Assembly (NCBI GenBank): GCA_965644265.1
Contig: OZ286473.1
Location: 72,354,001 to 72,418,000 of the forward strand
Reading direction: 5' to 3'
Length of the DNA stretch: 64,000 bases
Source of the DNA: Glycera tridactyla
Taxonomy: Eukaryota
The position numbers were made by a program, and so were the translations under genes. Below, in pieces: positions 42,326 to 58,010 of the stretch. The notes under the pieces are model-generated. The model was given only the letters and a program-made list of their open reading frames with translations, was not told the origin of the DNA and searched no databases. How positions within the stretch are numbered: position 1 is the first letter of the stretch; every line of letters begins with the position of its first letter.

Positions 42326-45300
42326 TTACGACTCCTAAAATCACACATCTCTCTATCTTCATGAATGGACAACCTTCCCATGTTCATGTTGTTGTTTTGT
42401 GTAGTAAATGATAAAGAACTACATGAGACTTTTTTGGGGGATAGAAGTTAGTCGAGTGCTCATGGTGATTTGTTGAAAGTTAGAGAAGCTTTCAAGTGAT
42501 TCCATCCGGTTCCTTTCTCATGAGACTTGTCACCGAAGAAGCGTTGATATCTGACAAGCAACGGCGAAACAGAATTAGAAGTTGTCGCCAATGCTGACAT
42601 GATCCTCGGAAATCGGATATGAAAGAATGAATGTCTCCGTGAGTCATTCCTCTCCAACAAGCACTCTGTCTGCCACCCTGACAGGCGCAGGGATGCATGA
42701 AGATAATGCTGCGGAGGTTGTCATCCTAATGCCTACACAACTCGAGGTCATGTCAACGTAACAAGATCAAGGAGACGCTTTGCCATTCACTCCACTGATT
42801 TATTGTGACAAATCGCGAGAAACACACATAGCTCCACCTTTGTGTCTGGCATGGTCCCAGTTGAGACTCTCACCATGTATGAACATTTAGATACTTGCCC
42901 ACCCTCTCTAATACGATAAGATCAAGAGTCTGGTCAACAAAACCTGGTCTCACCCGGAAATGGAACTGCATGCGGTCGGACACCAGGCTTACAAGAGCAA
43001 ACTGTAAAATAAAAGTGACATCCATTCTGATTCTCTTCGAACAGAGGACACATCCTCATTCGTGTTATTCTTTTGCAATATTGTTATATTCTAGAAAGAT
43101 GAAGGTACATTCGGTTGTAGGTTGTATTGGGGAAAACGTAGTCATTATTATTCTCATTCTTTGAGCAGTGGTAATGTTGTTATTTCACTAGTCTGCCGGA
43201 AAGAGATGATAAGATTCAAATCTCATCCGGCATCAAGATTACAAATGGTGTGCCCTATATGATATTTGAAGATATTTTCGGACAGTCATGTTCTGAATAT
43301 GAATTTCATAGGACGCCCCATCTAAGGTATGTTTGCCATGTGCATGGGACTAGGTCATGATTATTCATGGCTTGATTTCAAACTGGGGTTGTATGTCCGT
43401 TACCTTAAGTGCTGTCCGGCTATTCGGCATAGTGTGAGTACTAACGTATTGCAATCTAGCCATAGTGATGTGAAGGTAAAATTGACAATCCTTTCCACAT
43501 ATCTACAGAGTCAGATTAAAGTCACTGCTACTCTTTGCCACATTTTTTTCGCACTTCAATGTACATCGCAGATAGCCGCTTCGTTATTGAGCTGGTGCAC
43601 TTTCGACAGGGTCTCGTATGACATAAAATGGGTTTGATGTTCGAAGAACACTAGGCCCACCTATTATCAAATCACTATTTCAGGTCAATTCAGTGCTTGC
43701 ATCTTTGAGAGATTAATTTAAAATGTATCACAAAACAAACTGGCCAGGGTGGTGAATCATATGTCTGAACTCACAAGAAGATAACAATATCAACGATACG
43801 TGAGAATCCGAAGGGTTCTAACAGTGTATTTGTACCTTCTGTAGGATGAGCGTTCATAACCTGTTCGATTGCCCTGCCGTCTCATATGTCCAGGACATTA
43901 TTATTGAGGAAGCATGGAGTGAATTGCATATATTCCCCATGTATGAACAACCCTTCCCGCAACAAGGTTTCGAAAGGAGAGATTGATAGTTTTATCAATA
44001 TTATCTTGATTTTGATATTAAATCTAGATGGATACGTGGACGGAACGCTGGACTATCAGGTGATATGTCAAACTCCATCAACTCCATGACATATATGACA
44101 GACAGTTCTGTGAAGCAGCTCACCTCCTGAAGCATGTTCAATCTTGGCCTGGATTACGCAGGTGTTATGAATCCATGATTGATGGGGTCCATCTGACGCC
44201 ATTCTGACATGCCCTCTATATCTACGTGAACCCTCATATAGAGAACATTACAGTGCTGCATCCAGCATCTGATGCCAGTGGTTGGTTGACAATGGATGCT
44301 GCCCCTGCATTGAAGGTATAATCTATTTTACGATGTCCTAGTCTGTCACTGGAGGACACATAAACAGATCAGAGGACACCTGAACGAGGGACTTCATGAG
44401 TAACAGAAAATTGTGCAATTTCTGAGATGGAAATGTGTTTTAGGATTTCTACGAAATAAGTGATTTTGCCACTCTGATCCGAGCCCATCAGAGAAAGCAC
44501 CAAGACTAGTGGTATTTCAAATTATCCCTATGAAGACAATACTATGCTCGAAATTTCGCATATGGTCTACATGAAATCAGAATCCATGCCATTAGCAGGC
44601 AAGAGGAACATTGGAATTATAAAGTCATGTCATTTCAGCATGCAGTAACTATGAGGGCCTAGATTCACTTATCTTCAGTGAACAACGGAAGGTGCTTTAT
44701 AGCACACCCATATACTAGTTATCTTTGGAGAAATCGGGCAATAGATCAGTACTGTTCCTATCACATATCAAAATGTCACAGAGTGCATTTAGTAGAATGC
44801 GAGCCTAATGAAGTGCTGAGTATTTCTTCCTCAACGTGCCTTCGATACCTTCAATGAGCTGGGTAATATGAAGCCCTTGTATTAAAGTATGTATGGACTT
44901 TGTCATATGTTACAGTGGCACATAATGGTCTGTGCTGCCGGATATTCAGATAGATACCATCCGATGATCAATCCACGTATACGCATCTCATTATAATTAT
45001 TCGAATCTTCATTGCGTAAATATCAAATGAGTACATTTTCTTTAGAGTAAAAAATGTCTCAAACTGTAGGTTCTTTGAATGCACAATTACTTAGTTAGTC
45101 ATTTGGCATATCGTCTGATTGGACAGTCGACGCCTTGCAATTGTGTGGCAATAGCTACCACTGAGTGTACCCCTGATAAAAACGTGTGTTTGCTTTCTTG
45201 ATAAGTGTATCAGCACTAGTGACCTTCACCCCTCCCCTCAGTTAGCCGGATGACATTCGCACAGTACTCTATAATTATCTTAGCCAGGCGACCTCTCAGA

Positions 45301-45439
45301 CTCAGCATAATCACCCTCCTTTTATTTATGGGCCATTCCACAGACGCCTCGTGAGCCCAATCCATATAGTGACCACCCAATAGATGACATCACAGCATAG
45401 ACCACTAGGCCAAGGTGAAGGATGGAGCATGGTGGGAGA

Positions 45440-46270
45440 ATGGATCATAAGTCATGGTGGAAGAGGGGGTGTAGCCGATGGTGAGACCGAGGGTCATAGT
45501 TGATGGTGACCGAGTTAGGTTTAGGTCATGGACGGAGTGTAGGCTATAGGTCATTGTGAGATCGAGGGTCATAGTTGATGGTGGCCGAGTTAGGTTTAGG
45601 TCATGAAGGGAGTGTAGGCTATAGGTCATCGTGATAAAGTATGCTCTTGTCAAAAGGAAGTAGGGCCGTGGTCACGGTGAGTGAGTGAGTGAGTCACTTC
45701 ATGGTTGAGAGAGAGGCCCATAGGACATGGTTAGAGAGAGGCCCAAAGGTCATGGTGAGAGAGTGAGTCATAGGTCATGGCGGGATTGTGGGTCATAGGT
45801 CATGGTGGGATAGTTGGGTATAGGCCATGGTGGGATAGTGGGTCATAGGTCATGGTGGGATTATAGGTCATAGGTCATGGTGGAATAGTTGGGTATAATC
45901 AATGGTGGGATAGAGGTCATAGGTCATGTTAGGATAGTTGGGTATAGACCATGGTGGAAGAGAGGGTCATAGGTCTCGTGAGGATAGTTGGTTATAAGTC
46001 ATATTGAGAGAGAGGGTCATCAGTCATGGTGGGATAGATGGTAAAGGCCATGGTGGGATAGTGGGTCATAGGTCGTGGTGAGATAGTTGGGGTCATAAGT
46101 CATGCAGGGATAGTTGGGTATAGGCCATGGTAGGATAGTGGGTCATAGGTCTTATAAGGATAGTTGGGTATAGACGGGATAGTTGGGTACAATTCGTGAT
46201 GGGAAAGGGGCATGTAATTGATGGTAGGGATGAGGGTCATAGTCCATGGTAGCGGAGTAGCATTTTAGGC
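45440..46270. repeat. Degenerate minisatellite built on GGTCATAGGTCATGGTGGGATAGTT-like units
   Basis: More than 20 variable units by eye; also an ~81-bp duplication at about 45475-45630. Confidence 0.88.
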
Positions 46271-48845
46271 ATGGTGAGAGAGTAGGCTCTTGATCGCATC
46301 GAGCAGTCGTTCATCATGGGGTATTTCTATTTCGAACACCAATTCCAAGCCACATTTCAGGATCTGCTTGAATTCAGGACATAGTTTGCTGAGAACAATC
46401 ACTATTGCACATGAAGACTACGCCTGAAATTTTCAAATGGAATTTCTGGCTGACGATGACTGTAGTAAGAGGGTCTCATTCCTCCTGGAACTCCTGTGAT
46501 TTCACACCATTAAGTGCCTGTCGATCGATTTGATCGGGGTATAAAAATACACAACATACAATCATTTATCAATAAGTCAGCCCCCTCAACTCGGGCACCA
46601 ACCATCCTCCTTGATACAGTAGTCTGTGCCAGACCAAAGTCACTGAACCCACCGAAAAATGCAAATCACTTTTTTATATCACAAAAAGCCGTATGTAATG
46701 ATGTTGCAAGCTTGCTTGGTCTGGCCATGTATGACTGGAGCTGGGATTCATCAAGACTGATCCGGTCAAAAATTGTGTGGAGTCTGTATTGCTATCTCTG
46801 TATGTTTCAGAGAAGTGATGTCCCATTCAGCCCTTTAGTCATCCTCCATCATGGAGGAGGCTGAGAACTCCAGCTATAAGTGATGTATGTGTGTTTGCCT
46901 TCACAACACCAAATGATGCTTGATGTGTAGACCACACACACACAGACTGTCACTACTATTGCCGCCATAGGCAACTCTATTCTAATCTCCTACAATGCGG
47001 ATCCAACGTCGTAGCATAGCATGTCAATTGGGATGAGGTTAATTCTATTTAGTGTCTCGATCCAATATACTTAACTAGCGTCAGTATCAATACAATGGGC
47101 TATTTTCATCACAATAGGGATAGTAGGGGAATACTGAAAATTGTCAGAATGGTCCTGCTTAGTAAACATGCTTTTCGAAATAGGTCGAAAATGCGGTCCA
47201 TTCTATTCCTTGTCTGAACCCGAAAGATTTACTCAGCTTGGAGATTGACACTTTAAGTGTTCTTCATCACACAAGTAAGCGGCGAAGCATAAGGATGGTC
47301 CTTTTTGGTGCATGCTTCTGCAATCGATCATTTATTATTCACTTAGCATGTATACCCATTATCATGTAATTATGCATGGAAGGTACGGAGATGACCATCG
47401 TTGATGGCTATGGCAGTCCTCGTTGATCTTGATCGCTCAGCTGTTCCACGCTACTTTTCTTCTCGAGAAACAAAATCATGATTCCGCCTTTGTCACCACT
47501 TGATGCTGCAATAGGAGAGTTCTGATGCAAATGTAACCACAGGATGGACAGTGTCTGCCCGCACTTATGTACGAATTTGCTCAGATAAGGTATTCATGCG
47601 AAGTGACAGCAATCCAATTTGAGACACTTTCCTGCAATATAGGGCTTTTGCATATAGATTGGTTGATACTGATGGTGAGGTGAGATAATAGCTTTCTCAC
47701 TTCTGAGGCACTCTTGCAATCGGAGAAGGAAGCATGGTCTTCAAGATTATGCAAGACCTCGATGATTGTCAAACAACGATCTAAATTTGCACCGACTGAG
47801 TTTCAAGGTGTTGTTGATGGTTGAATCGTGAATTTTTCGGCGAAGCGGTAGTCTTTCGTCAGAATCTGATGGTTTTCTCTTTCAAATCTGATCCAGGCAA
47901 CTGAAAAATGTCAGTTGCTTACTAGAGGACCCTTCGTGACGTAATGTGTGAAACTACTCTGCTTGTTGCGCCCACTATGCCATTGATTGCTATATGCAGT
48001 CGCACCACCTTTATGACTACATGTCGAGCTGCTCACTCCGGCATGCATGTTCAATCCCTGGCTGGATTAGGCAGATGGCATGAATCTCTGATGGATGGCA
48101 ACTATCTGACCTTATTCTGACAGGATCTCTCTATATAATCACATGAACTATCATGTTGGAATGGCACGAAATGTTTTTCTACGTGGCATGCATAATTGCC
48201 TGCATAGATTCTCGGCCAATGATAATCCACAGCAAGAGACTGTTGAGCGAACAGGACCAACAACCACTAGATGCATACATAGAAATGATGATCAAGAGGA
48301 GGTTCGGGATATCCATGGTGCTGGAAAAATACTACCAAATGTGATTTACATTCGATTCTATATCTCGATTCAGCATAATTATATCAGATGAAACTCCATT
48401 CAACTTATGACGTCACTACCATATGTTTTCATCGTACTAGAACAAATCTGGAAGTCGATTATTAATCAGATTTCAAGGTCATTGTCTCTGGAGTCGAGAA
48501 CAGAATTTACAGAATTTATCCGGCTTTTATGGACTGTGGAAGCAGGCGTTGCCCAGTGTGACCTTTGATGATAATCCAAGTGATGAAGAGAGATTTCATG
48601 AGGTGCCACACCAGAGGGACATGTAGTCTCATGAATATTTGAGGTGAAGACACGTAGGTCAAGGGGAGTTTCAAGCTCATACAGCACATTGTGTACTTTA
48701 AAATGTCCCACTCTGACCTTCCCCGTCACTCATTCAATCCATGATGAGAAGTAGGAGATATCAACATGCGGCGCCCGGTGAAACATATTCCAATCTCGAC
48801 GAGCATACTACCATACTGAGGTTCACAAAAGTTTCATTGAATCCT

Positions 48846-49050
48846 NNNNNNNNNNNNNNNNNNNNNNNNNNNNNNNNNNNNNNNNNNNNNNNNNNNNNNN
48901 NNNNNNNNNNNNNNNNNNNNNNNNNNNNNNNNNNNNNNNNNNNNNNNNNNNNNNNNNNNNNNNNNNNNNNNNNNNNNNNNNNNNNNNNNNNNNNNNNNNN
49001 NNNNNNNNNNNNNNNNNNNNNNNNNNNNNNNNNNNNNNNNNNNNNNNNNN
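48846..49050. other. Assembly gap (205 N)
   Basis: Run of N. Confidence 1.
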
Positions 49051-51554
49051 AATCTGTATGCATTTGAGTAAGTGCTTGTCTGCATATGACTGTTTCTTCT
49101 ATAGAAAAAAACTTTAAAAGACAAAAAATGGTGGTGATCTCACTGTATTGATGAGTGTTGTGGACATGTATGCTTTCACTCGTGAAGCACCTATGAATAT
49201 GCCATGGTTATAGGCGCTATATAAATAACTGTTTCTATCAGTATTATCAGAATCACATGTCTAGATGTGAGATATGCGCATCAGAACAAAGTTGGGAATA
49301 CATATGGTGGGAAACAGTAAGCTCATCTCAACTAATCAGCATCTGGTTTCATTGACAGCTAGGTAACCCTTTGAATTTTGCCAAAGCGGGACATTAATCA
49401 TCAGGAGAAACTGTATGACATGAAAGGGGGAAGGGATCACTGAGAAAAATGTCACGATAGCATGGATGTATTCACATTTACACATAATGAAAATTCTCTA
49501 CGCATCACTACTTCTTCGGTACACTTGTGATATGGATTTATTTCAGCAAACACCCCCCGGAAGGAGGACATCATTCCTCGTGAACTAGAATGGATGGCGA
49601 TGATTCATTTGCGAACTCCATGTATTCCTTCTCGTGATCCTAGATGATCAACAGTGGATGAATAGGTGCATGCGTGTACAAAGTCAGGATAAAAATGTCG
49701 CCTCATATGTCCATAAAAATGCTGGATTTACGATGGAGATGTTTTTTTTGTACATGTCATGAATGGTTTCTGTCATAATGGTACACCACTCAGGGCCCAC
49801 CCAACGATATCATTCACAACGGGACAACATTTTTCAATTAGTATATGCAATCCTTTATTGAGCCGCTCAACCATGGGATTAGATAATGCATGTATGGTGG
49901 AATTTCATCTATAGCCAACCTGTATCATGCTCAAAACACTTTCGCTGCTATAAATGTGTCTCTGTTTTTCTGCTTGTTTATCAACCGAGCAAGCAATTCG
50001 TATTTTTTGTACTGTATCACTCTACTATGTTTCACCTAGGACATATTGTATACGATGATATGTTCTCTCCCACTTTTGAAGGGGAGATGTATCTGAGATA
50101 CACTCCGGAATAAAGTATTTATGGAGCCTTATGAAGCCTTATGGAGCTAGTGTCCTTTTTCTCAATCTATTCATTAATAGACGACTGATGAAGGTCGGCA
50201 AAATCACAATAGGAATTAGTGTGGTATTGAGAGGGGTTTGGCATCGGTTAGTTCAGGGAAATTCACGATCTTTCGCGTGGAGTCTGTGCAGAGTGTGCTA
50301 TCATCAGTGCAGGACCGACACCATGCTTTGGCTTTCTTTACCAATAAAGACATTATTTTGAAGACATGGATATATATATATATGTAGGTGATGTTATACT
50401 GATTGTTCATATTGGATAGAAATGATCCGTGTTCGAAGTTTGGATTTCAAGTACTTATCCTGCTGTGTGATGTTGAGTAAATCATATTCCTATGAAATGA
50501 ATGGATAACGGTCAGTGTACATCTCAACCAGTTAAGTGGTATCTCATCAGAACTTCCTGAGAAAGAATATTGGGTCACATTATAATCTTATTTCGAGATT
50601 GATCCTGTAAAATCCCTACAGTGAGCTGAAAGAAGCAGGAATTGATGGGATAATGGTTCACCAAGATTTATATGAATTCAGAAATCGCTTGGATAATCGT
50701 CTCTGCACTATTTCCAGTGATTCCTGATCTTATACAGTTTATCACCCATCGTGAATGCTGACATTTCGTGATTAGTAGATATTAGCGGTTATTGAACGAC
50801 GCAGAACCAAATGTGAACCAAACATGGAAGAATGGCTCTGATGCGAATAGATTAACTCCGTCGTCGTTTCCTGTAATCTGGAGCAGGTTACGGTAGATTT
50901 CTGTCGCTCTGACCATCTACTGGAGGCTCTTGGTATGTTCGGAATTTTAAGTAACTTGGGTGAGCCTTATTGGCAATATAGTATGTCCATGGTGGTTGTG
51001 TGGAGACATGTCCTTCTTATCATGCAAATTGCTGCCTCTTTCCATGCTGATGTGTTGTGTCTAGAATCCATCCCCACACTTCGTGAGCGATTTGATTTGA
51101 ACAATTCATTTACACTCGCAGCAGAAAGGAGGTCAAAGACGATGTCTTTCTCCCCCCCCCCCTTGAGTCCAAACAGACACAGTCACAATTAGGAGTGACA
51201 ATACAACAACACAAAAATCAAGAAACATTCTTGAAAATAGCACAATGAAATATTGGTAAATGTGAAAAGTAAAAGAAGTGGGAATGGTAGACTATATAAT
51301 TACGAACATAGTATTATGCCAATTGGATTATGACTAGGGTCTGTATTCATCGAGCCGTTGAAGAAGGAGAAAAGTATAGAAAAATTGGAGGCTTGAAGAG
51401 CCATAAGAAGGTTGGCAGGTCATAATGAGAAATCACGTGTCACTTATATGAAATACAATGGATTTCGGCCATACTACATGGTATGCCCTGAATACGTCAT
51501 TTGAAGATGTCATTAGGTGCTAGTCGCCACATCCGTACAGATTATCAGACAAGT

Positions 51555-51744
51555 ACCATTACTGACCAGACTCAATATCATCTGGTATGCCAACCATTAC
51601 TGACCAGACTAAATATCATCTGGTATGCCAACCATTACTGACCAGACTCAATATCATCTGGTATGCCAACCATTACTGACCAGACTCAATATCATCTGGT
51701 ATGCCAACCATTACTGACCAGACTCAATATCATCTGGTATGCCA
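51555..51744. repeat. 38-bp minisatellite, 5 copies
   Basis: ACCATTACTGACCAGACTCAATATCATCTGGTATGCCA at 51555, 51593, 51631, 51669 and 51707; one substitution in copy 2. Confidence 0.97.
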
Positions 51745-54700
51745 ATGAGCCATGTGGGCATCATTCCTCCCATCCTCCTTCTCCCAGGTCACTCGTGAAT
51801 ATCGTCAGGAGATGCATCCTCACATGTTGACGCAGGATCTATCTACCTTTCTTGAAGGCCAATGATGTGTACCGGCTGGAAGACACGTGACTCACATCGT
51901 CGCCAATACGATAATGGCAATCCAGCTGTCCTACCTGAAACATGAAGATGTTTTGCTTTTGTTAGAGGATAAAAATAAATACATAATATATAGAATGATT
52001 CACTTGTAGTTGGCAAGTCATTCATCCATCAGCATTTATATCATGGGAGAATGTTATCCAAGATCTCGAGCTGTTGATGATGGCAGCTGTTCAACGCCTC
52101 TGCGAAGATCGTATTGAATTGAGACATTGTGGTAACTTATCATTCTGTCTGTCAAAATTTGTGGATTCATGTGTCGCTGTCTGTCCATCTGTCTGCCTAC
52201 TTTTTAGTCCGTCTGTCTGTCTATTCATTGATCTGTCCGTCCGTCAGTCTGCCTGAACGCCCGCCTGCCTCCCCTGCGTCTTTGTACCTTGAACGTAACG
52301 GTACTGAAGTGGTCGCTCTGAAAGTCGTAAAGGAATCTAGTGGTCAGTCTGAGTTTTCTCATTGTATCACATCTTTCTGAGTCTAGATCTCCCAGGCCGA
52401 CTGCAATTGCATTGGTCGTCGAAAGGTTAGGGTGTGTATCGAATGATGCAAGCTTCGCTTTTTTCCAATGAGAGTGGTTTGTAATAGCAAGTATTTTTCC
52501 CGATTCCGTCCTCCGGAGAGTATCTCTACCTTCAGGTAATGAGGATTTGGTTAGTGATACAGTATAATTAGCATACATGAAAGTTCAAACGCCCTCGTTT
52601 GAGTAGAGCCGGTAAATAAATTATGTATGCAATACATGGGAGCGGCCCTAGAAATGCTCCCTGTGGGATACCATGTGTTATGGAGGCTTTGCAGGAGATG
52701 GTTCATAGCCTCGAATTGTAACCTGTTTGCCAGTCTGCAATGCCTGTCTATATTCCTGCCTGTCAGTCTGACTGCCTGGTCTCTGCTTGTCTGCTAGAGC
52801 TTACTTGCCTGCTTGCACGGGCACTCACATAAGGGGACTGCCATCGTATATAATGTGGCCTTGGTGTGGCACCATCCTTCCGCTTTTCCTCGATAGCTTT
52901 CCATGTGGGGTTTTAATGAAAACACATATTCGAAATCCTCCGTCATTCATCTTCAGGCTTTGTTTCACCAAAATCACACTATCACCAGGTTTTCATTTTC
53001 TTCACTTATTTCCATCCCTCTGACCACTTCTTATTTCTTTAGTAAAACGGTATCGGTTGTTAGTGGCCAACGCTTTGCCTGTAGTAAATTTTGTCATCAT
53101 GTGAGAAGCAGGTACCGGGCACATCAGTTCTGGGTTACTAAGGCGGCGACTAGGGCTACTAGATTGTGAGATGGTATTGTACTGCAAGCATAGGGCAACT
53201 ACAACTGTGAAGCTGGTTTGAAGTTTGTAATTCAACACATTGGTTGTGTATTCTCCAAACCTGATGCATTTCCTTGTTTCGAGTGCTGAGCTTCGCTAAA
53301 AAGAAAACATGGCTATCGGGCAGGAGTGTCAGCTTCCAGCCAGTTACATGGTTGGATATGCCATCATCAGGTGCAGTATGTTCCTGTTTAAGAGTTAGAG
53401 GTGTGTCTGGACTGTCAGGTACTCTCGATTGACAACAATTCACGTTCCCCATCACCTTGAGTTTGTGAAAGTGATATCTGCAGGTGATAGATCATATAGC
53501 TTCCATGACCAGGAACATATGGCATACATGATCCATCAATAAATCAATCAACGGACTGCCTGCCTTCCTGTGTATGTCACTCCGTATGCCAGTCAGTCTG
53601 TACATATACATCTCGCTGAGAATGGGGAGACACTATGACGAAGACTAAACAATCTCTTTTTTTAATCACGAGGCAGTTCAATACCGACTGCAAATGCCTT
53701 ATCGCTGGGATTTCTGCTGCACTGAGCTTGAAGCTTGACATCCGTGAAATTCTGGCAGGGATCATTGACAGTAGGATGCTTCATTGATTTCCAGATGTTA
53801 TTTAGAGGCCATTCATTGATCGGTGGTAGAATGCTTCATTGATTCCTTGATGGGATAAGGGGGATAATTCCTCGGTCAGACTGGCTGTAACATCACCGCC
53901 ATCAACTCGATCCCAGATTAGCCCGGACTCATCTTAACCTCAAGGAGCTTCCGAGTAAATTTCATCGGAATCAGATTTTTTCAACTGATCCCAGGAACAA
54001 TTCTCCCTAATACGGACGCAGTTTTGCATCAGCTAAATCTGATTAGGGTTTCTGTGATAGTCTTATCATGGTGAGCCTTGATATGGCATATCTAACCACG
54101 TAACTACCGCGAAACTGACATTCAAGCCTGGTACCAATGCTTCATTCTGAGAGAATGTCGGTAAAATAGAGATCTATGAGCATTAAGTTACTGGTGTACC
54201 CAGGGCTACTGTTGTACATCATTGCGTTTTATTTTCGCTGGGAAAAAAATGACTGCAGCAATGAGCATCCCTGCCGAGGGAATAGATTAGATGTGCAATG
54301 TTTACAAAAGAGGCCAAGGGCATCACTATTGAGTCTTAACCGGTTTTTACTCCTTAATTTTTTTTCCTCAGATTGCTTCTCATCACTAGATTGGAAAGTT
54401 GACTCACATCACACCACTCTTCTGTAAATTTGATGGGTTTAGATACTTTCATGATATCCAAGCCGGAGGAGCAAGAGTCGAAGCTGATCGGCTTTGAGTC
54501 AATATACGTTGTACACACACCATTAGATTATATCCACTGGGCTTCCGGATAAATCTGCTGGTCCCAACAATTGGATGTTTCTCCTCAACCACAAGAGGCT
54601 CATATCTAGTCGAGCCGGCTCATTTTCAGATGCAAGTGGCACGTGTTTCGAATAGCAGCAGCAGTATATACAATCTAGCCAAGTATACCACTCTCACCCC

Positions 54701-57700
54701 TCAGTTATATTTCCATGAATCAGAAGTGCTTGTCTCTCTCGCATACTAAGAGCTACACTGAGCACATCCACTCAATTCCTCTGCAGTCCAATTGTTATTC
54801 TAATGGTGTGGTGAGAAGTTGCTGATATTGGTAAGGACTAATTGCTTGGAAGGACTTCAATGACAGATATCGAACCAAAGGGTTATGTATGACACGAGCT
54901 ATGATAGATGGACTTATAACCCTATGCAGAACTCATGAATCCTCTCATGAACCTTGAATATCAGATGATCGCAAGTTACAAGGAGTCATCTCCCATGAGT
55001 CGTCATGATCAATACTAATATCTTGCCTCTGTTCAACAGGCTGACGTGATGAGAGCCTATTGCAAAGTTCAATAGATCCATTACGATTCTACTTGCCGAT
55101 TCTGCACATGAGGTAAGTGATTGATGTTAAAGGAGACAATACGAGATAAGAGACTCAGGGAGATGATGAGTATGGTTTGGGATACAGAACATCTAGCTCG
55201 TTGTTGACCCATCGTGAAGTCAATTTATTGTAATCCTGCCGAGACATCAATGGTTCCTGATACAAATCTATTCTCCAATACATCACTCTTTCATTTGTAG
55301 AACTGAAGAGAGGGGAGGGGTGCGAATCTGAATCAATGTCGAGGATATCCAAAATGGCATATCGGGGGATATGTAGTAGCATTTCTCAGGTATATTCGAT
55401 TCTTCTGTGCAAGTACCTGGTAGTTACCTCAGTGGTGGATTCCAATTATCTGGCGAACATAGCCTCAGCGCTGGCTTGAGTTCAGATGAATTTGAGAATG
55501 GGAGGAAGATGAGGTATGCTTTATTCTCGACTTTATTCAATCAGACAGACACAGCTCCGGCAACGATCCAAAAAGTGTGATATAGTTATGATATGCTTGT
55601 CAAGTTATTGAAGAACCAAACGACCACTTCCACGGCTTGGGCTCTGAGCAAATAATAGCGAAATGTAGACCTCGACAATCAAAAGTCTATCAAGTGTTGC
55701 TAGTGAAAGATGTGCTGAGCTCGAGTATATAAACGGCATGTATCAAGAGATATATAGCTGATGGCATATCGAACTCAAGACAAACAAATCTTCTCTGAAG
55801 CGAAGCTCGATGCTTGAAAGAGAAAGTGCATCTGGAATTGAGAAAAAACGACCAATTTTTTTTACTTTTGAATTGGCGTCATTATACAAGCTGTGAAAAA
55901 TCTAATATGAATAACAAAGGAAGAACGTTCATGAGCAGGATAATTGACCCAAATGTTGAGGATGGGTCCCACTGCTTGGGTCATTCAGGATAAATACAAA
56001 CCCTAAACAAAATATCTTTTTTATATCTATATCTTTGAGTGGTTGCGGTTCAAAATCAGATATTGAATAGACATAGACAAAGATACCCTGAGATTCTATA
56101 TCCCGATTTCATTTCGTTTTCCTTCTCGGAGTACCTTTTCATTGGGCGTTCCGGCACAATATGTCTTCTAGGACTGATACTGGTATCGCAGGGTTAATTA
56201 CCAGCAATTACAATGATACTGTCCCTTGCCTGTTAGACGCGAGAATGTGCAGTAATATATGCATTGATTTGTGATTTTTCACCGCCATTCTCACCAGTAG
56301 AATAGACGCTCTCATGGTTTCACTGCGGTGATGGACGGGGCCGCTGATACAAATAACTCAATGAACAAATCCCATGGTCTGACATTCGATTCCGCAGTCT
56401 GTCATGTTATATCCACAAGTGTAAAATCATCCGCCAAACACAGCCATAGTGAATATAAAACTGCGGATGTCAGTCTTCGTGAATATTCAAGTATATTGGG
56501 ATTCTGGTCCGCTGGGAATTTTATCCAAAAGCAAGTTTCGAGTATTTCTAGTTGAAGTTGACCTGATAAATGGACCACCCACTGAGAATACAAAACAATG
56601 TGGATCAAATAAAATTGAGAAGCAACTGCAATGATTCGAGCTCAGTGCAGTGAGAAACATGTATGAGATGATCAATCAAGAAGAGGGATATCATATTGAC
56701 AACGAGGATATACTCACAGGGATAGCAAATTGAGATATGCCCAACATTTGCTAGCATTATAACACACATCGAAACCAATAAGATTGAATTTAGGTCAGCA
56801 AAAGCGAACTTTCAGCATCATGGTGTCATGTGGTACCTGAGGCGATGAAGAAAGTCTTATTCTTGGATATGCAGGATATATCATCTGGAATATTCGTACA
56901 TGATCATATATGCTCAGGATATCACAGGAAAAAAGAAGTTTAAATGCATTCAGCAATGAGAGACTTCTCTGTCGGCGCCGCAGGGTAAACAGCTGCAGTT
57001 GGAGATATGAGCAGGTGGGCAATTTTGAAGTCATTTCCTCCACAAAAGCTCACACTGATTACGTAATATGACCTACAGGTAGACAATCACAGGAGATGTT
57101 CTGTAGAGCACCATGCATTTTCTTCCTCAGACCTCCAATTCTATTCCCGATCGAATTCTTGCTGCAGTAAGCATGGCAGGAAACTCAAGCCGAGCATGGT
57201 CAGGCACTAAGCCTAGTAACCGATGATATTTGTTATATTACATCAGCGAGTATGAGAATTCGAGGTTCTTGTTGAGTTTCAGTTCTGCAGATTATATCCT
57301 TTCCTTAGAGCAATGCGAAAGATGCCGCTCCATCCGAACGAAGGAATCAATATACACAGATGAGTTGTGAGCCTGAAATATTCAGCCCAAAGGTTGGTGG
57401 AGATTCGGGTCGGTTGTTGATCAGTCAGGTTTGGTACATATCAATTATTTTTTATATTGTTTAGTTACATTTCTGATTGTTCGAGTATGCTTCCAATCGA
57501 TAAATCGTTGATGACTGTTGTATTGATCCTGAGAATAATCAGTAAGTTTGAAATAGTTCATTTGGAAAAACATTGATCACCCATGTTTGGCAGTGGATAA
57601 ATATGGCTCCGACTGATTGATCATCTTATTGATCATGTTGGAGAGCGATCATATATGTCTCAGATAATTAGATAAGGTATGAGAGCAAATGTCCACGTGT

Positions 57701-57924
57701 GTGATTGATTCAGCATGGTTGAGCTGAATCGATATATAGCCTGAGATTCTCTCATCTTGTCTGATGTTTTTCTTCCGCTTGAGATCGATTGGCTTTCACC
57801 AATCTTGATTGATTTCCACAGATATTTTCGATATACCTAATATCGGTGGATTATCCTCGAGATTGATTATATACTAGATCGACTGATCAATTTCGAGCAT
57901 GGTCGAAATGTTTGTGAATGATGG

Positions 57925-58010
57925 ATTACACACACACAAACACACACACACACACACACACACACCCACACACACACACACACACATACACTCTAACACA
58001 CACAATCATA
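57925..58010. repeat. Imperfect (CA)n microsatellite
   Basis: Direct inspection. Confidence 0.95.

Noticed and set aside
46514-48729. Ngaro-like RT/recombinase hints (AFFGGF, EVRKLLSHL, LDLRVF)
   Set aside because: Too short and degenerate to support without a profile search.
35225-49124. ORFs spanning the N gaps (35225-35962, 48741-49067, 48761-49063, 48834-49124)
   Set aside because: Artefacts of translating N.
51555-51744. CRISPR array
   Set aside because: Head-to-tail repeats with no spacers.
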